Positions 56,835 to 64,000 of a DNA stretch of 64,000 bases are shown piece after piece; positions within the stretch are counted from its first letter, which is position 1; each line of letters opens with the position of its first letter. Origin of the DNA: Pseudomonadota bacterium. GTDB taxonomy: Bacteria; Pseudomonadota; Gammaproteobacteria; JAKAQQ01. The notes below the pieces were generated by a model. The model worked only from the letters and a program-made list of their open reading frames with translations. It was not told the origin of the DNA and did not search any database. The translations under genes were made by a program, and so were the position numbers. The stretch is from contig DAHVLZ010000009.1 in the NCBI GenBank assembly GCA_027320085.1, positions 330,666 to 394,665 on the forward strand. The letters are read 5' to 3'.

Positions 56835-57899
56835 GTGGATAAGTCAAGGTTTGTAACCCGACAGTCGGCAGACACGGTAAGTCTTCTGGATGGCTTGGCC
56901 ACAGCGGTCATGCGTGTCGATTCCAGCCTTGCTCTCCTCTATGCCAATGCGGCGGCGACTGACTTGTTCGAGTTACCACAATCCGCAGTAGGTCGCCCTT
57001 TGGTCGATGTGGTGAGTGCCTTTGCGTCCCTGGTTCCGCTGCTGTCCGGCCAGCTTGCCGCTGGTGAGATCCGGACCTATCGGGAACTTGAGCTTGCGGT
57101 GAGTGGGCGGACAATCACCCTTGACTGCATTGTCTCCCCCTTGCCTCCTGCCGAACTCATACTCGAACTATATCCCTTGGATCGCCATCTATTGATCAGT
57201 CGCGAGGATGCCCTGACCCAGCGTTATCAGGCAGGCCGCGCTCTTCTTCTCCAGCTTGCCCATGAAATCCGCAATCCTTTGGGTGGGATTCGAGGGGCAG
57301 CCCAACTGCTTGAGGCAGAGCTTGAGAACCTCTCGCTTCGTGACTATACCCGGATCATTCTTCGCGAGGTCGATCGACTCGATGGACTGGTCGAGACATT
57401 ATTGGGCCCACTGACACCACCACGGCGTTCTCCGCTCAATGTCCACGAACCTGCCGAGCATGTCCTACGCATGATCGAGACGGAGCGGGTACCTAAATTG
57501 CGGCTAGCCCGTGATTATGATCCCAGTCTGCCCGAACTGTTCTTGGATCGTGATCTTTTGGTCCAAGCCCTTCTCAACCTAGTCCGTAACGCCCGGGAAG
57601 CCATGCAGGATCGCGGGACAATCCGTATTCGAACCCGGATCGAACGGCAGTACACGATCCAGGGGCGGCGTTACCCGCTAGCCATACGTTTGGATGTCGA
57701 AGACGAAGGACCCGGAGTGCCGCCTGAGCTCGGTGAGCGGTTGTTTCTTCCCCTAGTGAGCGGTCGTCCGGGAGGAACCGGTCTCGGATTGGCGATTGCT
57801 CAGGATCTTATCCAGCGGCAGGGTGGACTCATCGAGTGGAAGAGCCGACCCGGGAAGACTGTTTTCTCAGTTCTTTTGCCCCTCGGAGGAAACGCGTGA
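56835..57899 (+). CDS. ntrB: Nitrogen regulation sensor kinase NtrB (start GTG 56835 or 56814)
   Basis: PAS domain, LAHEIRNPLGGIRGAAQLL, RDYDPSLP, GTGLGL. Confidence 0.95.
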   Translation: MDKSRFVTRQSADTVSLLDGLATAVMRVDSSLALLYANAAATDLFELPQSAVGRPLVDVVSAFASLVPLLSGQLAAGEIRTYRELELAVSGRTITLDCIVSPLPPAELILELYPLDRHLLISREDALTQRYQAGRALLLQLAHEIRNPLGGIRGAAQLLEAELENLSLRDYTRIILREVDRLDGLVETLLGPLTPPRRSPLNVHEPAEHVLRMIETERVPKLRLARDYDPSLPELFLDRDLLVQALLNLVRNAREAMQDRGTIRIRTRIERQYTIQGRRYPLAIRLDVEDEGPGVPPELGERLFLPLVSGRPGGTGLGLAIAQDLIQRQGGLIEWKSRPGKTVFSVLLPLGGNA

Positions 57900-59272
57900 C
57901 GGTTCAAAGCCCGATCTGGGTCGTGGATGACGATGCCTCGACTCGTTGGGTCTTCGAAAAAGCCCTCGCAAAATCTGGGTATGAGGTGAGAGGATTTTCC
58001 CATCTCGGTGAGTGTGAGGAAGCACTGAAGCAGGGGGAGCCCTCAGCTCTAATTCTGGATATCCGCCTGCCGGATGGTGATGGGCTGGATTTCCTATCCG
58101 TCTGGTCCAAGCGATTTCCACGACGCCCGGTCATTGTCGTGACTGCTCATGCGGATTTCCAGAACGCAATCCAGGCCTATGAGAAGGGAGCCTTCGAATA
58201 CCTGCCCAAACCAATTGATTTGCGTGAGCTTATGGCTGTTCTCGAACGTGCGCTCTCCCACCCAGATTCGGGTGAAAAAAGCCGAAAACGCGGCCCATCG
58301 TCGACACTGATCGGAGCTGCGCCCGCGATGCAGAGAGTTTTCCGCCAGATCGGCCGACTGGCCAGAAGTGAGGTCACGGTTCTCGTCCGCGGGGAATCTG
58401 GAACAGGCAAGGAACTCGTCGCCCGTGCTCTCCACGCCCATGGTCCACGGACGAAAGGACCGTTTATTGCCATCAATGCAGCCGCTATTCCCGCTGAGCT
58501 CCTCGAGACTGAGCTATTTGGACACGAACGTGGGGCTTTCACGGGTGCCGTCACTGGGCGTACCGGACGTTTTGAACAGGCACAGGGCGGAACGCTTTTC
58601 CTCGACGAGATTGGTGATATGCCCCTGCCGCTTCAGACTCGTCTCCTTCGGGTTATCGCAGAGCATGAATTTTTCAGGGTGGGGGGTGAGAAAACAGTAG
58701 CAACGGATGCTCGGCTTGTTGCTGCGACCCACCAGGATCTTGCCACCTTGGTGCAAGCTGGCCGCTTCCGTGAGGATCTTTACCACCGGCTCAACGTGGT
58801 TGAAATCCGTCTCCCTCCCCTGCGGGAGCGGCTTGATGATCTACCTCTACTCCTCGAACACTTCCTTCGGGAGGCAAGCGCTGAGTTCGGACTTCCCCCT
58901 CCTCGTCTCACCGCCGAAGCCGTTGGCGAGCTTCAGCAGTGGCCTTGGCGGGGGAACATCCGGGAGCTGGTCAACTTCTGCCGGAAAATCGTGCTGGAGC
59001 CCCCAGGACCATTCGTTCAAGTTGAAGACCTTGAAAATTTCCGTTCGGACTCACACTCCGTGAGAATGCAGGAGTGGGGTGAGCTTTTGGGGCAGTGGTG
59101 CCATACAGCCTCTCCGACCGAGTATGGACAAGCACTCAAGAAGGCCGAACGGATTCTCATTGAGGTTGCTCTAGAACGCACAGGTGGACATCGTCAGGAG
59201 GCAGCCCGGCTTCTGGGATTAGGGCGGAACACCTTGACGCGAAAACTTGCCCGATGGAAGGAAAACCTTTGA
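57896..59272 (+). CDS. ntrC: Nitrogen regulation response regulator NtrC
   Basis: Receiver WVVDDD, GESGTGKE, GAFTGA, Fis HTH GRNTLTRK; GTGA overlap with ntrB and GGAGG SD. Confidence 0.96.
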   Translation: MTVQSPIWVVDDDASTRWVFEKALAKSGYEVRGFSHLGECEEALKQGEPSALILDIRLPDGDGLDFLSVWSKRFPRRPVIVVTAHADFQNAIQAYEKGAFEYLPKPIDLRELMAVLERALSHPDSGEKSRKRGPSSTLIGAAPAMQRVFRQIGRLARSEVTVLVRGESGTGKELVARALHAHGPRTKGPFIAINAAAIPAELLETELFGHERGAFTGAVTGRTGRFEQAQGGTLFLDEIGDMPLPLQTRLLRVIAEHEFFRVGGEKTVATDARLVAATHQDLATLVQAGRFREDLYHRLNVVEIRLPPLRERLDDLPLLLEHFLREASAEFGLPPPRLTAEAVGELQQWPWRGNIRELVNFCRKIVLEPPGPFVQVEDLENFRSDSHSVRMQEWGELLGQWCHTASPTEYGQALKKAERILIEVALERTGGHRQEAARLLGLGRNTLTRKLARWKENL

Positions 59273-60078
59273 TTGTCCAGAACACATTTGGCCATGGTCC
59301 TTGTGTTACGGTCTGGGTGCATGGCTGGCTTCGCTCATCTCGCATGTTTGAACCCCTCCTTCCATTCATGGACCCACACGCAGATCGCTGGATCTTCGTA
59401 GATCTGCCGGGCTATGGTGAAAACCGCAAGGCCTCCGGCGAATTCACTGTCGACCGTGCGGTGACGGAGCTCGCTCAATTCACGGAAGAGGCCGGATTGG
59501 ATCAGGCACACTGGGTGGGCCATTCCATGGGAGGACTCGTGATCCAGCGTCTTGCATTCAGGGTGCCACAACGGGTGATCTCCCTCGTTGGGATTGCTCC
59601 TGTCCCCATAACCGGGCTGGCACTCAACGAACGAGCTCGGGAAATCTATCAGAAAGCCTGTAAATCAGTGGAAGCCCGGTTTCGAGTGATCGCGCGGCTT
59701 GCAGATCCGGCGACCGCAACCGAAACCATCCAAAACTGGGTGGTACAAAGCTTTTCTGAGACACAGGAAGATGCACTTTGGACTTATCTCGAATCATGGT
59801 CGGTCGAGCGGCAAGAACTCACCCCCCCTGACTTCAGCTCGATTCCGTTTGTTCTAGTTGCGGGAGCGGGAGATCCTGCCATCACAAAAGCCAGGATCAC
59901 TGGGTCGATTGCTTCTCTCTATCGCCATTTGGAGGTACATATCCTTGATGGAATCGGACACCTGCCCGTTGAGGAGGATACTTTCCGTGTCGCACAGGCA
60001 CTCGCCAAGTGGCCAGAGAAACAAGTGGGTAGTGAAACGTCGTCTCATTTAAGCGAGGCGCCGAGGACGTCACGGTAA
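59269..60078 (+). CDS. Alpha/beta-fold hydrolase
   Basis: HGW, DLPGYG, GHSMGG nucleophile elbow, GH; TTGA overlap with the ntrC stop. Confidence 0.85.
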   Translation: MIVQNTFGHGPCVTVWVHGWLRSSRMFEPLLPFMDPHADRWIFVDLPGYGENRKASGEFTVDRAVTELAQFTEEAGLDQAHWVGHSMGGLVIQRLAFRVPQRVISLVGIAPVPITGLALNERAREIYQKACKSVEARFRVIARLADPATATETIQNWVVQSFSETQEDALWTYLESWSVERQELTPPDFSSIPFVLVAGAGDPAITKARITGSIASLYRHLEVHILDGIGHLPVEEDTFRVAQALAKWPEKQVGSETSSHLSEAPRTSR

Positions 60079-60148
60079 AGGTGACGACAGGGTCAATCCC
60101 TAGCGAATGTAGTTCTTTGTGACGTTCCATCAAAAATGAGGGGCAGAC

Positions 60149-61060
60149 TCAATGCAGCCACGAGGCAATATGCCTGGATAGTACCCTCGAAATCGAGCCA
60201 TCGGGATCAAGATCGGGATCAAAAATCGTTATTTCCATTCCCATCACACGCTCAGTTGCTAGCGCAAACTTGATAATCCCCGTAATCTCCTCCCATGACA
60301 GTCCGTCGGGCTGGCGCGAATCAACTGCAGGCATGATAGCGTCGTCCAGTACGTCCACATCAAGATGAATCCAAAAGCCATTTATTGGTTTTTGACTCAA
60401 AATCCTAATACGTTCTTGGGTGGTCTGAACGGTACCGCTTGAGCGCAATTGGGCGAGGTCCCAATATTCCATACCGGACTGCTCCGGTTTTGGAATTCTG
60501 GCGGTGGGTCTCTCGGCGTAGTCTCGATTGGCGAGTAGCAAAACATCTTCCATGCGGAAATAGGGCCGTAAATTTTCTATATTGGTAAGCAGCTCTGGGC
60601 CCCAACCGGTTGCCAAAGCGAGGTCCATTCCAGCCGCCCCGCCACTGGAGGATTGTTCCGGCAAATAAAAGTCAGTGTGCCCGTCAATAAAGAGTAAGCC
60701 GTATCTCCCTCGTTGCCGCAGGGCGATAGCGGCACCCAGGAGTATGCTGCAATCACCACCGATAACCAATGCGAACCTCTGGTCAACCAAGGATTTAACT
60801 ATTTCGAAGGCCAGCTGACGTGAATAAGCTGCGATTGACTCAGCATTGCGGATATTTACAACACGTGACTCGTCCGCCTGGTAAGTGGGCGGAATGATAC
60901 GACGGCGTGACAGGAGTCGCGGGAGTGAATCCAGTCCGGATTTCGCAAGGGCATCTGGCGCGCGGCACGTGCCAGGTTCCTTTCCTAGTATTGGGGGTTT
61001 GAGTCCGAGATTAGATGGGGCCTCAATCAAATCGATGCCAGTTAGTTTGCTAGATATCAT
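60149..61060 (-). CDS. Arginase-like ureohydrolase
   Basis: APSNLG, GGDCS, IDGHTD, HLDVDVLD. Confidence 0.88.
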   Translation of the reverse strand: MISSKLTGIDLIEAPSNLGLKPPILGKEPGTCRAPDALAKSGLDSLPRLLSRRRIIPPTYQADESRVVNIRNAESIAAYSRQLAFEIVKSLVDQRFALVIGGDCSILLGAAIALRQRGRYGLLFIDGHTDFYLPEQSSSGGAAGMDLALATGWGPELLTNIENLRPYFRMEDVLLLANRDYAERPTARIPKPEQSGMEYWDLAQLRSSGTVQTTQERIRILSQKPINGFWIHLDVDVLDDAIMPAVDSRQPDGLSWEEITGIIKFALATERVMGMEITIFDPDLDPDGSISRVLSRHIASWLH

Positions 61061-61299
61061 CTAATGTGTCGCCCGCTTTGTTTTCAAACCGGAGGGGATT
61101 CTGTGATCCTGCCCGGCAAGTGCTAGAAAAGAAAGTGTCGTAGTCCCCCTCTTAGCCATGACTCAAGATAGCATGGGATTGGAGGGGAGGCGGACATCTG
61201 GGACTTGCAATCTCAGCTTTAGCGAATGGGTCGTGGGTTCCCCCAACAATAACGCTTGGTGCTGTCAAGGGACCTCGACTTTTCAACTTTGGGATTAGT

Positions 61300-64000
61300 T
61301 CAATAAATCTCGGTCCAATAAATTTCGTCAGGGTTCGCCCGATAAATTCCGAAATTGAGCGTACCTGAAGGAGGCTGGTTATCCTGCCCCGTGTCATTCC
61401 AGTCGTATTCGAGCCAGCTCGGGATCGTTGCGGTAGTGAGGATGAGAGGGCCCGTCGCATTGGGTGCTTTGAACCAAAGATTGAAACTGCCACCCTGAGG
61501 GGGCTCACTGAAGTCCTCACCCGTTTTCCCGCTGCCACACGATAACCCACTCTGATTTCCTGTTTCCCAAACACAGGTGTCAGATGGGGTCACAGGCCCA
61601 CCCGGGCTGGGTTCAGAGAGGGCCAAGGTGACTCCCGTCGTACAACTGTCATCCGTGGCTGGAACCCATCCGGTTGAAGAACCGAGATAGTATTCTGTTG
61701 CCATGAGATCGTTAAGGTCCAGTTCCTCAGAGCCATAAGCATTTGGAATAATCAGCCTGCCCTGGCGAATAGTCGGAGCGTCACCCGCTGCAAACCCGAT
61801 TGTGAAGGTGAATGGATTCTGGGGATAGGCGATTCCATCCGTATCAATGACCGGGAAACTGACTGTAATGTCCGACTGAAACGGGCTAGCCAAGGGCGCG
61901 GGTTTTGAGCCATTGTCCGGCTGGGTGTAAGACAATGGGCCCGAGAAGGTGGTGGTTACTGATCCAGGTGCCGAGTTTGTGGTGGTGGCTGGCGAATAAC
62001 CCGCAACTGTGCTATCCACCGTGACGCCCAAGGTCGAGGGGGCGTTAGGATCAGAGTAACTGGGTGTAATCGCGGGAAGCTTCCACCAATTGGCTCCAGT
62101 CCCATAATTGGAATAATTCAGGGTTGTCGCACCTTGCGCATTAACTGCGGTGATTGTCACCACGGGTGGGGTGGCATAACTGAGAGGTTGACCCAGGTAG
62201 GTGAAGTTGGCTCCACAGCCCGAATCGAAGGTTGACAGATTCACGGTAACGTCGAAATGATCGGGGGTAAAACGGCCCACATAACTGCTGTTGGGTAGGG
62301 ATCCCGTGTAATAACTAAAACCAGTTGCATCCACACCAGGAGTGTTGAGATAGTTGGTCGCAGTGGCCTCTAGGGTGGCGCTGCCTACCTCGCTATACTC
62401 CAAGTCATTGACGGTACCACTCCCTCCGGTGACGCTCAAGGAACCGTTGCTGATGCTTCCCAAAACCCCTTGAGAGGGTAAAAAGGGTGAGACTGCGGAT
62501 ACCGAGACGGGCCATGAGAAATGGGTGAGAACCAGGTTGGCTGCATTGTCTACTGCAATCCCCGAACCGGTGGGTGCCGTGCAGTTTGGCGCATTGCAGG
62601 TATCCGTTGATGACCAGGCATAGGCAGTCACCACAGCCGTGAAATTTTTACCGGCCGCCGTGAAAACTGGATCAGTCGGGGATTGTGCCCCGGGGTTCCC
62701 TTGCACGCTGATGAGCAAGTCATAGGGAATCACAGTCACCGGAAAACTACCGCAAGTCTGGCCGTTACCCATGCACCAATTCAGGAGATATTTACCGACG
62801 TCGGTCGTATCCAGCGTGAAGTCCGCCACACCGTTCGTGAAAGCCAGCCGGATGTTGAAGTGTCTGGGTTTACTGGTCGGAAGAGGAGATACGGTTTGCT
62901 GTGTATTGCCTGTCACCCCCGGTAACGCTGCACCTTGAGGCTGATTGGGATCAAGCGTAAGCCATACGGTCATCTTCTGGTGTTTATTGTTTAACCCAGT
63001 ATTGATATTGCAGCCGTTATAGCTGGTCACGGTCATGCTTTGGGGGCGGCCCGCGACCGGAATGGCGATCTCGCCAGGGGCGTTGGCCACCACGAGGGAG
63101 CCCCCGCTGAAGGTGATGGGGGCCGAGGTGTTGATGATCCCCGTCCCGAAGTCCTGAACCGTGACCGATACGGTTTCGGCCGTCGGGTCGGTCAGGTTGA
63201 GGACGATTTCGCCACCATCCGCTGGAACAAACTGATAGGTCCACTGGGGGTAACCGGTAGTGGGGTTGGGACCGATGAACGTGAGGGTGCCATTGGCCTG
63301 ATTGGGAGCGAGATTGGCGTTCCCCGAGTTCGAACTCACGGTAATAATGATGCGTCCTGTGTAGCCTGGAATGACGTTGCCAGCCGCATCTTCGGCAACG
63401 ATGGTGACCGGGACGGGCATGGAGGTACAGGTGCTGCCCGAAGCCGGTGCCGTGATACTGAAATGATCCAGCAGGCTCGGTTCAAAAAGGATCGCCGTGT
63501 CGTTCAGTGCCACGAGATTGTTGGTATTGTCGGTGTTGGTGATGTAGGGATAGTTGTAGTAGTTGCCGGTGGTATTGATCACCCAGCCAATGGCCGGCAA
63601 GTTTCCATTGCTATCGAGCGGCGGGTCGCTCGTATTGTTTTGGTACTGGAATTCGAAAGTTCCGTTGGCATAGAGAATGGCTTGAACGCTGAAAGCGGGC
63701 GGCGGTGGATAGCCGGATTGGGGCACATTGAGCCAGGTGACCACAAAATACTGGAGACCAGACGCGGTGGCCCCAGTTCCATAAAAGACACCGCAGTTCG
63801 GGGATGCACAATAGGTGTTTTCGGGAATGCCATTGTAGATTGAGGGATCTCCGGGATCGAAGTCGACGCTATAGGGGATAATCGTTGTGGTCGGTGTGTT
63901 GATTGTATTGCCGGTCGTCGTGGGAATCTGGATAAAGGGTCCACCATACCCACACTCACTGTTATTGAACTGTAGCCGGCCGTTGGCATCGATCTGCACC
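61300..64000 (-). CDS. Large secreted MshQ/DUF6701-like pilus-associated adhesin (5' end outside window)
   Basis: YSEVG, VGRFTPDHF, FTYLGQP, RQGRL...NAYGSE..DL, WLEYDW, FGIYR; rich in Thr/Asn/Gly with Cys pairs. Confidence 0.75.
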   Translation of the reverse strand, partial: VQIDANGRLQFNNSECGYGGPFIQIPTTTGNTINTPTTTIIPYSVDFDPGDPSIYNGIPENTYCASPNCGVFYGTGATASGLQYFVVTWLNVPQSGYPPPPAFSVQAILYANGTFEFQYQNNTSDPPLDSNGNLPAIGWVINTTGNYYNYPYITNTDNTNNLVALNDTAILFEPSLLDHFSITAPASGSTCTSMPVPVTIVAEDAAGNVIPGYTGRIIITVSSNSGNANLAPNQANGTLTFIGPNPTTGYPQWTYQFVPADGGEIVLNLTDPTAETVSVTVQDFGTGIINTSAPITFSGGSLVVANAPGEIAIPVAGRPQSMTVTSYNGCNINTGLNNKHQKMTVWLTLDPNQPQGAALPGVTGNTQQTVSPLPTSKPRHFNIRLAFTNGVADFTLDTTDVGKYLLNWCMGNGQTCGSFPVTVIPYDLLISVQGNPGAQSPTDPVFTAAGKNFTAVVTAYAWSSTDTCNAPNCTAPTGSGIAVDNAANLVLTHFSWPVSVSAVSPFLPSQGVLGSISNGSLSVTGGSGTVNDLEYSEVGSATLEATATNYLNTPGVDATGFSYYTGSLPNSSYVGRFTPDHFDVTVNLSTFDSGCGANFTYLGQPLSYATPPVVTITAVNAQGATTLNYSNYGTGANWWKLPAITPSYSDPNAPSTLGVTVDSTVAGYSPATTTNSAPGSVTTTFSGPLSYTQPDNGSKPAPLASPFQSDITVSFPVIDTDGIAYPQNPFTFTIGFAAGDAPTIRQGRLIIPNAYGSEELDLNDLMATEYYLGSSTGWVPATDDSCTTGVTLALSEPSPGGPVTPSDTCVWETGNQSGLSCGSGKTGEDFSEPPQGGSFNLWFKAPNATGPLILTTATIPSWLEYDWNDTGQDNQPPSGTLNFGIYRANPDEIYWTEIY

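Noticed and set aside
63040-63843. 267-aa plus-strand ORF, and other long antisense ORFs (e.g. 24275-25027, 17783-18478)
   Set aside because: These are shadows of well-supported opposite-strand genes and have no motifs of their own.

Overview
This window is the replication-origin region of a gammaproteobacterium; the kdp cassette hints at an acidophile, which is inference only. From left to right it holds: 5'-truncated dnaG, rpoD and alkB; then a long minus-strand run of porin, kdpCBAF with extra micro-ORFs and a KdpE-box promoter, glmS, glmU, atpCDGAHFEBI, parB, parA, rsmG, ppsA, an Omp85-family gene, DUF3617, an ORFan, prpDCB, acuI, an MBL hydrolase, gpx and mnmG. Next come a Spy/CpxP-like gene, mnmE-yidC-yidD-rnpA-rpmH, then dnaA, oriC, dnaN, recF (with two parS sites) and gyrB. 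These are followed by plsC-gmhB-glyS-glyQ, sigma54/NtrC-driven glnA, a beta-carbonic anhydrase, DUF2459, DUF4124, ntrB, ntrC, a hydrolase, an arginase-like gene and a 5'-truncated MshQ/DUF6701-like adhesin. I saw no tRNA, rRNA, CRISPR array or transposase. The most notable points are an expanded Kdp cassette (three ~30-codon ORFs in tandem, a variant KdpA selectivity filter, an extended KdpC and a coupled porin), a 12-kb propionate/acrylate gene block splitting mnmG from rsmG, the oriC architecture, parS sites inside recF, and candidate leaderless genes in the Ntr locus. All calls were made by eye from motifs; no database searches were run.
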